Source of the DNA: a virus
Lineage: Duplodnaviria; Caudoviricetes
Virus record (IMG/VR): IMGVR_UViG_3300031867_000044
Location: 3,226 to 67,225 of that record
DNA: 64,000 bases
Direction: 5' to 3' (one strand)
The translations under genes and the position numbers were made by a program. The notes under the pieces were generated by a model, which was given only the letters and a program-made list of their open reading frames with translations, was not told the DNA's origin and did no database searches. Numbering within the stretch: the stretch's first letter is position 1; each line of letters starts with the position of its first letter. Shown here in pieces: positions 35,801 to 45,701 of the stretch.

Positions 35801-38296
35801 AAGGCATTCCTGTCGGAGTACAAGAAATACCGCGAACGCTATGACAAGGAGAGTGCCATCAATCTGCTGGAGAAACTGTTCCCGAGCCTGAAAGGGCAAG
35901 GCGCACGCCTTGTTGACGACTATACCAACATGCTTGACGAGTTGCGCAACTCGCTGCCAGCCACAACCGAGGCACGCAAGAAATTCATCAATGAAGTAGA
36001 CAAGACGAAGACGGACACTCTGTTTGACAGGGAAACGGAGGCACTGAAACGCAACGTCTCAGTGATGGAAGACTACATCAAGAAGATGGAAGACCAGTGG
36101 AAGTTGTACCGTAAGCTGTTGGAGAAGTCGGGCGGCAACAGGGACTTCGCTTCGATGGCATTCAGGACTGGCGAGATATGGGACGAGAGCGCCAAAGCCT
36201 TGCTGCAGCGTTTCAACGAGCGTGGAAATGAGTTAGGCGTGATGCCTATGAAGTTCAGCTGGGACATGAGCGAGGAAGAGATGAAAGACGCTCTGCGCGA
36301 TGCCAAGGGCGTAACGCAAGAGGAGCTAGTGAAGCTGGCGCAAGAGATACAGAAAATCATCAGAGGCAACTATACGCAGTTCTTGGAAGACAGCGCCGAG
36401 GCATACAACAAGGCACTGACAGCCGTAGACAAGCTGATGGAGCTGGAACGCCAGCGAGACGATCTGGCCAAGCGCCGCAGACAAGACAACAGCGGTGACC
36501 CCAATATTGCCAAAGGCTATGAGGCCCAGATGGCTGCTTTGGATAAGCAGATAGCCAACCAGCGCTGGGAGGCATTTAAGGAAAGCGAGGAATGGGGCCG
36601 CATCTTCTCAAACCTCGATGACCTGAGCACTTCTACGCTGCGTAACATGCTAGACCGGCTGAGAGAGTTTGCGCCGACCATCAAAGACAGTGTGGAAGCG
36701 ACAAAGGCCCTCTACGAGGCCATGGACAAGATAGAGGACATGGTGAGCAGCCGCAACCCGTTTGCGGCCATGGGTAATGCCTTGATGAGAAGCAGCCAGA
36801 TTAGAAAGCTCATGAATAACGGTCTGAGCGACTACGGCTACAGGAACGCCAACGGCAAGTACACGATAGGTGCGCAAAATGCAAGGAAGCTCGGGCTGAA
36901 CGTGCGGAAGAACGGAGAGTATAGCGATAACGACCTGCAAGACGGGCTGAGGAGAGCTGAGAGCGATTTTGTGACTGGCCTTAACGGAATGGCCGAAAAG
37001 TTCAAGGCCGTGCAGGATGTGCTTCAGCCCGTTATCGACCTGTTTGACGAGCTTGGCAATGAAGGACTGAGCACCCTGTTCTCGATGGGCAGCAACGCAT
37101 TCGGCTCGGCTGTGCAGGTGGCCGGCGGACTGAACACGCTCGGGCTTGGTAGCCTTGGCCCCTATGGTGCAGCCGCAGCCGCAGCCCTCAGCGTGACCAC
37201 CTCGCTGTTCGCCCTTCACGACAAGTCGATAGAAGCCGAGATAGAAGCGTCGGAGCGCAGACAGAAAGAAATGGAAACGCTCTCTAAGAACCTTGAAACG
37301 GCGTTGAAGCGCAGCCTTGGCGGTGCTTATGGTTTCAAGATGAACGGTGACCAGATGTCGAAACTTAATGGCGCTACCAAAGCCTCTGACGCTCTGGACT
37401 ATTTGTTTGGCGCAGGGTACATGAGCAAGGGCACGAAACAGGCCATTAACGACGCGAAAGCCTCGCGGAGCTATTATGATGCCACGTATGCAAGTCTGAT
37501 GGCCCAGCGTGACGAGGCCCAGCACCAGCTAGACTTGGAAAGCAAGAAGAAGAAGCAGAATGCGGACAAGATGGCTGACTATGAGCAGGAGATAGCCGAA
37601 CTTGACGACCAAATCAAGAACTTTGCCGCAGACATGGCCAACGCCCTTTATGGCATAGACTTCAAGGCATGGTCGGAGGATTTGGCCGGTGCGCTTGTCG
37701 ATGCCTGGGCAGCAGGCGAGAGCGGCGCGGAGGCATACCGGCAAAAGGTCAGCGAGATATTGCGTGACCTAGGCACGAAGATGATAGCAGAGCGTTTCAT
37801 TGCGAACGCCATTGAGCCTATCATGGACGAGTTCTTGAAGCAATACGAACAAGACGACGGTGTGTTGACTGAAAAAGGACTGGGTATCATCGCCAAGATG
37901 TATGATGCCGGTGACGAGATGGAGCGTCGCACTAACGCTTTCATGGACGGTCTTAACGAGATAGCCAGACAACGCGGTGCAGAGCTGAGAGACGAAGAAA
38001 GCGGAAGCGGTTCGACATCGAGCGGCATTAAGAGTATTACGGAGAGCACGGCTGACCTGTTAGCAAGCTACATCAATGCCATCCGCGCCGACGTGAGCGT
38101 GAACAGAATGGTGATGAGCACTACCCTACCCTCGATTGCTACTGCTGTTGAGCGTGTGAATGTGTTGGCGGAACAACAGGTGAGCTACCAGCAGCAGATT
38201 GCGCAGAATACCCTCAGAAATGCGGAAGCCGCAGAAATGATCTACAACATTCTGCACAGAGTGGAAAATGGCGTGACGAGATTAAATGTGAAATAA
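32861..38296 (+). CDS. tape measure protein
   Basis: 1811-aa helical protein with an N-terminal tape-measure domain (ALKSPFGVVEL...GTDIGRL...ITLRQF). Confidence 0.92.
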   Translation: MANLGTLWFGADIDLARLQQKINQGNQSLLNALKMNYDPQSYQEMVNRLRSNLARETFEIKIQADTRRVVQNIQNATKVPQVGQLPSMDALNEKIARQKALVNALTETVERHRIAWQRLGGNDRKNTFLDSKKELAMEKRALADLVSRREAMRHTAQDSILSLRKEAAEHRNAARAAAEAAKQKREAIRQTNADHIRLNQTLAGGIHISTQLGSALSSLFAVHAARQFLGNVIEIGGQLERQRISIGAILGDTVKASHLFEQIKGLALKSPFGVVELDQYTKQLSAYGFRYNELFDMTKRLADISAGAGTDIGRLTLALGHVRSATYLTGITLRQFSMNNIPMLKMLADYYSEVEKKAVSTAEVQKRISKRQVSYEDVIEQIRRLTDEGGMFYNMQEKISESLSAKFKNLKDAMDIMYGEMAEGGIGDILKDTAAGLLQLTRHWKEIAAVMSVAATAFLLNKSYIGLNAIAMQGNTAATLKQIMADKKLAANQLQAASRYRALTAEERIRVMSANTLTAANLRQALVSGKLTKDDLLRLVALKKINIAQAMHIVGVNGITAAEIRAAAAAKRWKVALDSVRMSLKNAFMGMGVGTWATLGAMVGMEIYTAYSSWVERIEGKANEMKDLIKSRIVDLEKLQKSLNAEGKPKDDVGLKNRVADMKQVLANSEVYTKTLDDQLRKAGSMSAQYDILSKTIGDIAEKNRKALDYQDRAAEMIKASSFLHPGDKWDNMVWGWADSIVNDDIGENLSQAMDAYKNLRATIDGLWEYREALKSVIEEMVASGEVSEDFKRQLDGASLEEQIRILADSDYWEKIVAKVTGLKPTFADFADDLKESSDSVTRRWEEIADDDIPRMMEKAAKDMNMSEKDLREWANTNVDDFKMMLEGILDQLDAKEPWIRKQLKRIAYDYVTFGKIDRAIIEGEQVGRSIFGDDDVLKKLLDEDEKADIKDDAPGADKGKDKNKKDTALEAAKTKLAEYKAFLSEYKKYRERYDKESAINLLEKLFPSLKGQGARLVDDYTNMLDELRNSLPATTEARKKFINEVDKTKTDTLFDRETEALKRNVSVMEDYIKKMEDQWKLYRKLLEKSGGNRDFASMAFRTGEIWDESAKALLQRFNERGNELGVMPMKFSWDMSEEEMKDALRDAKGVTQEELVKLAQEIQKIIRGNYTQFLEDSAEAYNKALTAVDKLMELERQRDDLAKRRRQDNSGDPNIAKGYEAQMAALDKQIANQRWEAFKESEEWGRIFSNLDDLSTSTLRNMLDRLREFAPTIKDSVEATKALYEAMDKIEDMVSSRNPFAAMGNALMRSSQIRKLMNNGLSDYGYRNANGKYTIGAQNARKLGLNVRKNGEYSDNDLQDGLRRAESDFVTGLNGMAEKFKAVQDVLQPVIDLFDELGNEGLSTLFSMGSNAFGSAVQVAGGLNTLGLGSLGPYGAAAAAALSVTTSLFALHDKSIEAEIEASERRQKEMETLSKNLETALKRSLGGAYGFKMNGDQMSKLNGATKASDALDYLFGAGYMSKGTKQAINDAKASRSYYDATYASLMAQRDEAQHQLDLESKKKKQNADKMADYEQEIAELDDQIKNFAADMANALYGIDFKAWSEDLAGALVDAWAAGESGAEAYRQKVSEILRDLGTKMIAERFIANAIEPIMDEFLKQYEQDDGVLTEKGLGIIAKMYDAGDEMERRTNAFMDGLNEIARQRGAELRDEESGSGSTSSGIKSITESTADLLASYINAIRADVSVNRMVMSTTLPSIATAVERVNVLAEQQVSYQQQIAQNTLRNAEAAEMIYNILHRVENGVTRLNVK

Positions 38297-38304
38297 TGGT
38301 TTAT

Positions 38305-38350
38305 ATTTTCATCTAAAATTTTGCAAATATTGAAAATAAAAATATATTTG
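38305..38350 (+). promoter_or_regulatory. promoter for the tail hub with upstream box
   Basis: TTTG at 38320-23, 19 nt, then TATATTTG at 38343-50; ATTTTCATCTAAAA at 38305-18. Confidence 0.7.
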
Positions 38351-38368
38351 CAAGCAAGATATTGAGAT

Positions 38369-41300
38369 ATGAGCAGATGGACGATATATAGTAAGTGGAA
38401 GGACCAGGCTGGACGGGCAGTGGCGAAGGAAGTGGTTGTTGATGGGAACACCGACGACGCAGGACGGTACGCGCTGCCCGAGCTGGAATATAACGGCACA
38501 TGGATGGGCGAGACGTTCGTGACGCTGAACATCCGATGCTCCGAGCCTATCAACTTCGAGATTGGTGACTATATCGTCTATCGTGGTGAGAAGTTTGTGA
38601 TGAACTACGACCCGAGCGTGGTGAAGAAGGCCCGCAGAGGTACGTATGGCGAGGGCTTCACGTATGACAACGTGAAGTTCAATGCGCTGAACTACGAGCT
38701 GACGGACGTGAGGATGCTTGACTACGTGATTGGTGACAACGGTGTTCACTATTCGGGTCTGCCCACGTTCCAGTTCTTCTGCTCGACGGTGGATGACCTC
38801 TGCGACCGCCTGCAGGTGAACGCTGACAGGTATTGCGAGGAGAACGGTATCAGCGAGGACGAATGGTGGGTGTTTGTGACACCTAGCGAGACGCGGACGC
38901 AGCAGCGGTGCAAGACTAACGCTATTAAGAGCCGTGCTGCGGCTCTATACAGTACGTACTTTGGTGACAATATGGGCGACACCGCGAGCGAGAAGGTGAA
39001 CCAGAACGTGAGCATCGACAACATGAGCGTGTGGGATGCTTGTAAGTTCATCAAGGAAACGTTCGGGCTTAACTTCATCAGCAGGGAAAGAAGCATCGTG
39101 GTGGGAGCCATCGGTGTGCCGACGGAAAGAGAGTTCAGATACGGGCTGGGCAACGGCTTGTATGAGATAGAGCGTGTGGCCGACGAAGAGCAAGCCGTGA
39201 TTACGAAGCTGTATGCCTACGGCAGCGACAAGAACCTGCCGACACGGTACTATGCCAATATCGGCGTGGAGTGCTACGGATATGTGGCGAAGTGGATGCA
39301 GGGAGAGGTGAAATACCTGCTGCTGGACATTGAGTACAGCGGTAACTACTTCACGCAGAATACCACGGTGAACGGGCAGGACTGCTATGCGGTGAGATTC
39401 ACGCATGGTGGTGTGACGTATGATGCCTACGTGGGAAGCACGGACGTGATAGAGGGCGTGACGCTATCGGGCTTTAGCGTGCTGTTTACTGACGGCGAGT
39501 CCCTTCCATTTGACGGGCAGGAGCAGCTGACCTTCATCGGCGGCGTGAACAAGGACGCATGGCCTACGGACAATACCACGCAGATACACAAGGTGATACC
39601 ACAGAACCTGCCAGACAACATGGCGGTGAGCCACCTGATGCTGCCTGGATTCCCCAGTGAGAGCCTTTACAGCTGGGTGAAATCGCACGGCGCGACCAAC
39701 AGTAACGACTCGACGGGACTGGCCACATGGCGCGGTCACACTGCATACTTCTCGCAGGACAAGGAGCGTCCGTACATCCTGTCGCAGTATCACACGGAGC
39801 TGGGCATCAGAGAGGCCACGAAGATGTTTGACGGCAGCGACGGCACGAACGAGGTATACCCGACGATAGAGAACACGGAGGCAGGCGTGATATACGCAGC
39901 CGAGACCATCAAGGACAACGGTGTGGGCACGGAGATGAAGAACTTCACCATCACCCTGCCCGACTTCGGCAGTGACTTCGACCTGAAAGAGCTGTTGCAG
40001 AGCGACACGGCCATTGAGATGACGGACGGCTACTGCGGCGGCAGGAGCTTCAACGTGAAGAGCGTGAAGAAGGAGGACGGACGGTGGGTGTGCACCTGTG
40101 AGAGGGAGCACGACACTGCGCTGGACTTGTGGTTCCCGTATTCGTACAGCAAGAGCATCGGCGGGCAGGAGCGTGCCGACGAGCCGTATCAGGTGCGCAC
40201 GGGCGACCGCTATGTGCTGACGGGCATTGAGATGACGAGCACGTATGTGGAGGCTGCCGCTACGGTACTGCTGGAGGAGGCTCTGAAATTCCTGGAGGCA
40301 AACGAGTACGTGAGATACACCTACGTGCCGAGGGTGGATGAGATATTCATGGCACGGCAGCACGACGGGGTGAGTAGCGGTGATACCGCTACATACGGGA
40401 CACGGAGCTACCACGACACGCTGAAAGAGGGCGACACGCTGCTCTTTGCCGACGACGACCTGCACATCACGGGCTCGGTGTTTATTGACACGCTGCGCAT
40501 CAAGGAGTATGGCAACGGGCAGATACCGACCTACGAGCTGACGCTGCGCAACGACAAGCAGGTGGGCACGATAGAGCGTCTGCAGGAGCAGGTGAGCAAC
40601 ATCAGCTCGACCATTAACAACGGTGGCGGCGGCGGTGGCGGCGTGAACATTCCGCTGGTGCGCCAGCTGATACAAAGCTACGGCGGCGGCATGTTCCTCT
40701 CGAAGACGAACGATGACACGGCCAATGGCGTGATTACGTTCGTGCGGAGGGTACTGGCACGTATGGGCGTGCAGTTCGGCCGCTATACGGGAACGGCCCT
40801 TGTGGGCACGGGCGGTGTGATAGACGAGAACGGCAACGCCGTGCTGAACAAGGTAGAGATAAGAGAGTCGCTGACAGTGCCTACGCTGGTGTTCAACAGG
40901 GCCGAGGTGATAGCCGGCACCCAGACGCAGACACCGTTCGGCGGCGAGATAGCCGAGGTGGTGAAGCAGGAGAACGGCTACGGCTGGGCACGGCTGCGGC
41001 TGGAGGACGGTGACGTGGGGCGCATCAGAGTGGGTGCGCTGTGCATGGGTTTCTTCCATAACTACGGCAGCGATGCGAGCAGCACGAATGCGACGGCAGA
41101 CAGCGACGACCGCCGAGGCGTGATGACATGGAAGGGATTCTCGACCGTCTATTTCGAGGTGATAGAGATTCCTGCCACGTATAACGACGAGAGCAATGCT
41201 GACAATGCGTGGTTCAGATACCAGCTGCGTGACACTGAGAGCGGCGGCAACGGTGTGCATCCGTTTGTGCACATGTCGTTTGCTGGCCGCGGCTATGTGC

Positions 41301-44300
41301 GGCAGACGGGCGAGGCTTACGACAGCATCAAGCAGTATCAGGCATTCACCATCAGGACACCGTTCTACACGGCACGGCTGGTGGATGTTGGCGGCTGGGA
41401 GTGGGACATCGCTAACTATACCTATGTGAACGGTCTGCTTGACGGCTTCGGCGAGCTGGTGAACGACCAGACGCTGACTGGCTTCGGCACGATTGACATG
41501 TCGATATGGCTGAAAGGCCACATCATACAGGTGGATGACGTGCCCGACTACATCAGCATCCAGCAGAGCGCACTTGGCTTGCTTGGCGAGAACGAGACGG
41601 AGACGGTATGGGTGAGGGTGTATGACGGCTACCGGCAGAACCACACTGATGCTTATACCTTCACGTTGAAGAAGAACGGCACGGCGATACAAAAGACGAT
41701 AACGGTGGCGAACGGCGAGGCATGGTTTACGCTCTCATCGAGCGAGCTTGGTACGGAGGTGACGACGTTCACCGTGACGGCGACGCTAAAGAGCGACGTG
41801 ACAAAGACGCTGGAAGAGGACTTCACTGCGAAGAAGATATTCGACCCGACGGTGACCGTTCCCGACCGCCACGAGATAGAGCTGAGCGACACGGTGTTCC
41901 ATGTAGACAAGGACGGCACTGTGACCCCGAGTGACATTCACGTCAGAGTGAGGAATATACATGGTGACGGAACGACGAGCTATATGACTGATGATGACGT
42001 TGATGCTCAGATACTCTATGTATGGCCTGACAGCACGATGCAAAGTGGCTATGCCTTTGCATTGGCCAACGGTATTCCAAGTGGGCAAGGCTATGCGTCG
42101 TTGGTTGATGATGTGATGGAACCCGAGGGGTATGTTGTAAAAGACATCAAGGCTATTAAGGCTTATCTTTGCAGCGGCGCGATTGAGGAGTGGGATGATA
42201 CAGCAGACTGGCAGGACCTTAAGGGGTTCATGGACATCAACGAAGTGCCGCTTGACATCTGGGACATCAAGACTATTCCCGTGGTGACTGACGGTGAGGA
42301 CGGCAAGACGACGCTGATTGCCGACTTTGATGACGAGATGGTGAGCGTGCCTACGGATTCTACGGGTAAGGCGCAGGTAGACACTAGCTGGAATTGGCAA
42401 ACAACGGCGCACCTTTACTATGGTACAGAACAGCTAACGCTCAGTAGCACACGATGTCGGATTGTTGAAGCAACAAACAATTTGTGGTATAACGAATATC
42501 TTACTATCTCATCAGACGGGAAGACGGCCACTTTGCAGGTCAACGGATTCGACGACATGCAGCAGGGTTCAACGGTACAACCGAATACGAACAACTGTAA
42601 GATTACCATTGAGCTTGTTTCTGCGGACGGGAAGAGCAGCGGCACAGCCACTGCCTACGTAAACAAAATACCTGCTGGCGAGGGCGGTGACGGTAAGAAC
42701 GCGGTTATATACTCGCTATGGACGAGCACAAGCACTATTAAAAAAGACGGTAGTACATTCACGCCTGCTGGGGTGCAAGTAAAGATAGCCAAGACCGACG
42801 GTGACGAGACTACCTATCATGCGTACAACACATGGGGCTATGCAAGCAGCAGCCCACGTCTCTATATCAGATACAAATATAACGCTATGGTGGCAAACGT
42901 TAACGACGGCAACACCATGAGCAGTGATACCATTTCGCCAGCTAATGATACGGAATACATTCACATTGCCCTTTGCACGCCCGATGGGAATAACGGCGCA
43001 GGCTATATCGTGGATGCAGAGACCATTCCCATTGTCCGAGACGGTGCGAAAGGTGACAAAGGTGACAAAGGCGAACAAGGAGAACCTGGTGACAAGGGAG
43101 ATAAAGGTGATAAAGGCGACAAGGGTGATAAGGGTGACAAAGGCGATAAAGGCGACAAAGGCGACGACGGTAAGGACGGCAAGGATGCGGCCTCGTATGA
43201 GTATGTGCGTTTCTCGGACAATGCTACGCTGGTGGATGGTGTTTGGACGGGAACGTTCACGGCGGCAGACGCTACGCAGATGACGAACAAAGAAACGGCG
43301 CAAGGGGACACGAAGAACTTGATACCGTATTCGGAGTTTGAGATGTTGAACTCTGAGAGCAACGTGCCTGTTGGGTGGGTGCGAAACAACGACTCATCTC
43401 TTGTTATCAGCAAGATAGTTGACGAGGACGGTGTGGCATGGGCGCACTATGAGATTGCCAACGGGACTAGCGGCGTTGTCGGCCTGTCACAAAATCCGTA
43501 TGACACAGAAAACAAGGCGGCAGAAGGATACTTTGTGCCTATCTCCCGTAATCAGACATACACCTTCACCGTGCGCTATAAAGGCTCAGGGTATGTTTAT
43601 CTTGGAGCGCAGTATTACAAATACAATAGCGGTAGCAGCCCGTCGTGGACGTTCCTAGAAGAAGATGGCCAAAACAATAATCAAAAATGGTCGTCATTCC
43701 TTGCGGAATACGCCGACGGCAAAGAGCATCAACTGACAACGACCTTTCAATGCGCCCTTTCTGGCGTTACGCATGCAAGACTCTTTTTGGCACGTTTCAG
43801 CGGCAACACTGTTGGAGGTGAATACAACTTTGCTCAGCCGATGGTGCTTAAAGGAGACCAAAGCAGTGCATTGCCATCATATCTGCCAGCACCGTCGGAG
43901 GACTTGCTGGGAACGACAAATGGACTATGGAAGGGTGTTATGCGATGGAGCCATCCGTATGCAAGCAGTGACTTTTCGCAGTATGAGTGGAATAAGGTAA
44001 GGGATGCAGAGCCGAGAATGAATACGTGGAACTCGGAGAGCTACGTAGTTCCTTTAGGCGCGCCAACTGACTTGCAGTATTTCTATTGTGGTGCTTACGG
44101 AGAGCCGTATTACGATATTGTGTATGATGGCGCACACTACTGGATATGCAAGCAAACCTACCAGCGTAATATCGAGTTTGAAGACGAAACGACGCAAGAG
44201 GTACGATATGTAGTGCCTGAAAATACGGATTTATGGTCGATATACTGGGAAATGGCAAGCCAGTTTAACTTCCTTATGGCAAAGACATTATATGCCATCA

Positions 44301-45010
44301 ATGCCTTCGTCGAGAGGTTGGTAGTGCGAAAATTACAAACAACAGCCGAGTCGGGTTCCTGTGTCGAAATCCAGAACGGGATCATCAACCTTTGGGCAGA
44401 TAAGAGCGACGGGACTACCAATCAGTCGCGTTTCGAGTTTGGAACCACAACCGAAGGAAAGGCTGTGCTACGCTATTACGACGAAGACGGCACCCAACTC
44501 TACGACCTAGGGCCTAACGGCATCACACAGGAACTTTCGTCACGTAACAACGTGTGGACTACCAAGCGCCTTTCGCTCATCCGCACCGATTATAATGACG
44601 GTCGGCCTTATCCTACTGGCTATATCGTCCAAATTCGCACTAATTCGTATACCGTCAGTGATTACCACGAGTTGACATCCGAGGGTTATGCCATGCTCTC
44701 TAATAACGTCAAGAGTTACTATTTCAGTGGTGGGACAGCTCCCTCCGACTATGAGGGGCGCACATTCCTTAGAGAGTTCACCAAGACCGAGGCCAACCCT
44801 GGTTATATTCCCGACGGCTGGTACCGTGCAGAGAATACGTCGGGCGAGACCTTTGGCAACGAGCAGATACTTGACGACGGCCATGGCACGACAATGACGG
44901 CCACCGTCTACACTTTCCAAGCATGGTACTATACCAACGGAAAAGTCACACACCAAAAACTCGTGCAACTCGAACTACTGTCCGATGGCACAGGCATGGT
45001 GACCAACTGA
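38369..45010 (+). CDS. tail hub/central fibre megaprotein
   Basis: 2213 aa; Tal-like N-terminus (YGLGNGLYEIER, VITKLYAYGS), collagen-like segment, CBM-like domain and variable C-terminus. Confidence 0.85.
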   Translation: MSRWTIYSKWKDQAGRAVAKEVVVDGNTDDAGRYALPELEYNGTWMGETFVTLNIRCSEPINFEIGDYIVYRGEKFVMNYDPSVVKKARRGTYGEGFTYDNVKFNALNYELTDVRMLDYVIGDNGVHYSGLPTFQFFCSTVDDLCDRLQVNADRYCEENGISEDEWWVFVTPSETRTQQRCKTNAIKSRAAALYSTYFGDNMGDTASEKVNQNVSIDNMSVWDACKFIKETFGLNFISRERSIVVGAIGVPTEREFRYGLGNGLYEIERVADEEQAVITKLYAYGSDKNLPTRYYANIGVECYGYVAKWMQGEVKYLLLDIEYSGNYFTQNTTVNGQDCYAVRFTHGGVTYDAYVGSTDVIEGVTLSGFSVLFTDGESLPFDGQEQLTFIGGVNKDAWPTDNTTQIHKVIPQNLPDNMAVSHLMLPGFPSESLYSWVKSHGATNSNDSTGLATWRGHTAYFSQDKERPYILSQYHTELGIREATKMFDGSDGTNEVYPTIENTEAGVIYAAETIKDNGVGTEMKNFTITLPDFGSDFDLKELLQSDTAIEMTDGYCGGRSFNVKSVKKEDGRWVCTCEREHDTALDLWFPYSYSKSIGGQERADEPYQVRTGDRYVLTGIEMTSTYVEAAATVLLEEALKFLEANEYVRYTYVPRVDEIFMARQHDGVSSGDTATYGTRSYHDTLKEGDTLLFADDDLHITGSVFIDTLRIKEYGNGQIPTYELTLRNDKQVGTIERLQEQVSNISSTINNGGGGGGGVNIPLVRQLIQSYGGGMFLSKTNDDTANGVITFVRRVLARMGVQFGRYTGTALVGTGGVIDENGNAVLNKVEIRESLTVPTLVFNRAEVIAGTQTQTPFGGEIAEVVKQENGYGWARLRLEDGDVGRIRVGALCMGFFHNYGSDASSTNATADSDDRRGVMTWKGFSTVYFEVIEIPATYNDESNADNAWFRYQLRDTESGGNGVHPFVHMSFAGRGYVRQTGEAYDSIKQYQAFTIRTPFYTARLVDVGGWEWDIANYTYVNGLLDGFGELVNDQTLTGFGTIDMSIWLKGHIIQVDDVPDYISIQQSALGLLGENETETVWVRVYDGYRQNHTDAYTFTLKKNGTAIQKTITVANGEAWFTLSSSELGTEVTTFTVTATLKSDVTKTLEEDFTAKKIFDPTVTVPDRHEIELSDTVFHVDKDGTVTPSDIHVRVRNIHGDGTTSYMTDDDVDAQILYVWPDSTMQSGYAFALANGIPSGQGYASLVDDVMEPEGYVVKDIKAIKAYLCSGAIEEWDDTADWQDLKGFMDINEVPLDIWDIKTIPVVTDGEDGKTTLIADFDDEMVSVPTDSTGKAQVDTSWNWQTTAHLYYGTEQLTLSSTRCRIVEATNNLWYNEYLTISSDGKTATLQVNGFDDMQQGSTVQPNTNNCKITIELVSADGKSSGTATAYVNKIPAGEGGDGKNAVIYSLWTSTSTIKKDGSTFTPAGVQVKIAKTDGDETTYHAYNTWGYASSSPRLYIRYKYNAMVANVNDGNTMSSDTISPANDTEYIHIALCTPDGNNGAGYIVDAETIPIVRDGAKGDKGDKGEQGEPGDKGDKGDKGDKGDKGDKGDKGDKGDDGKDGKDAASYEYVRFSDNATLVDGVWTGTFTAADATQMTNKETAQGDTKNLIPYSEFEMLNSESNVPVGWVRNNDSSLVISKIVDEDGVAWAHYEIANGTSGVVGLSQNPYDTENKAAEGYFVPISRNQTYTFTVRYKGSGYVYLGAQYYKYNSGSSPSWTFLEEDGQNNNQKWSSFLAEYADGKEHQLTTTFQCALSGVTHARLFLARFSGNTVGGEYNFAQPMVLKGDQSSALPSYLPAPSEDLLGTTNGLWKGVMRWSHPYASSDFSQYEWNKVRDAEPRMNTWNSESYVVPLGAPTDLQYFYCGAYGEPYYDIVYDGAHYWICKQTYQRNIEFEDETTQEVRYVVPENTDLWSIYWEMASQFNFLMAKTLYAINAFVERLVVRKLQTTAESGSCVEIQNGIINLWADKSDGTTNQSRFEFGTTTEGKAVLRYYDEDGTQLYDLGPNGITQELSSRNNVWTTKRLSLIRTDYNDGRPYPTGYIVQIRTNSYTVSDYHELTSEGYAMLSNNVKSYYFSGGTAPSDYEGRTFLREFTKTEANPGYIPDGWYRAENTSGETFGNEQILDDGHGTTMTATVYTFQAWYYTNGKVTHQKLVQLELLSDGTGMVTN
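42636..42663 (+). repeat. hairpin repeat family, copy 7 (inside the CDS)
   Basis: GCAGCGG-CACAG-CCACTGC-CTACGTAAA. Confidence 0.55.
43043..43186 (+). repeat. collagen-like Gly-X-Y repeat (16 triplets, mostly GDK)
   Basis: Counted from the sequence. Confidence 0.9.
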
Positions 45011-45032
45011 TAAATAAAAATTAAAGCAATAT

Positions 45033-45314
45033 ATGACAGAGCAAGAAAAACGAGAAATAGTACAAGCGGTGTTGGACGCTATTAGCTCTAAGGCACAGGA
45101 CTTAGAGAACGTGACAACACTCACGACGCTGGACGGTGTTACGTCGTTGCCCGTGCTGACCAACGGCCGCGTTGTTGCCGTCGTAGCCTTGTCTGCGCTG
45201 ACAAGAAACGTAGATGCTGCCGTTGCGTCGCTCGACACAGCCATAGACGGAACGAGAGGGCAACGGCACAGCCGATGCCTGCTGAGAAAAAGGGACGAGA
45301 TAAGGACGAGATAA
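45033..45314 (+). CDS. tail-fibre N-terminal module, apparently truncated
   Basis: MTEQEKREIVQAVLDAI...LDGVTSLP; the last codons derive from hairpin repeat copy 8 (45260-45291). Confidence 0.5.
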   Translation: MTEQEKREIVQAVLDAISSKAQDLENVTTLTTLDGVTSLPVLTNGRVVAVVALSALTRNVDAAVASLDTAIDGTRGQRHSRCLLRKRDEIRTR

Positions 45315-45349
45315 AAAGATAAAGAATTAAAAGGTAAAAAGATAAAGGC

Positions 45350-45697
45350 ATGGGATGTAACTGCAATAAGAGCCAGACGACACTGGCATTGAACGAGAAA
45401 CCGTGGCAGGGAACGACGCTAAAGTTCTACCTTAACCCCACGGCAACAGGCTTTGACGCTCAGACTGACGACTGGGAAGTAGAGATACGCTACGGCTCGT
45501 CGCAGAGGACGTATAAGACATTCAAGAAAACGGACTTGAAAGAGAGTACGGACGGCTGGGTTCTGCCTATTGACACCACTAACATGAACGGACTGGTGAG
45601 GGCTATCGTGCTGGCCCGTCTGAACGACGATGACTGCGACGACGGCATCCGTAAGGAAGTGTGTGTGGTAGACTTGTGCGAACTTAACATATACTAG
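45350..45697 (+). CDS. Ig-like/baseplate-type (BppU-like) small protein
   Basis: Beta-rich 115 aa; DDDCDDGIRKEV motif. Confidence 0.6.
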   Translation: MGCNCNKSQTTLALNEKPWQGTTLKFYLNPTATGFDAQTDDWEVEIRYGSSQRTYKTFKKTDLKESTDGWVLPIDTTNMNGLVRAIVLARLNDDDCDDGIRKEVCVVDLCELNIY

Positions 45698-45701
45698 AGC
45701 G

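Noticed and set aside
39464-41692. 742-aa antisense ORF and similar long shadow ORFs (for example 16870, 18135, 29928, 32840, 36650)
   Set aside because: They are opposite-strand shadows of GC-rich genuine genes with biased codon use, and show no motifs or start context.
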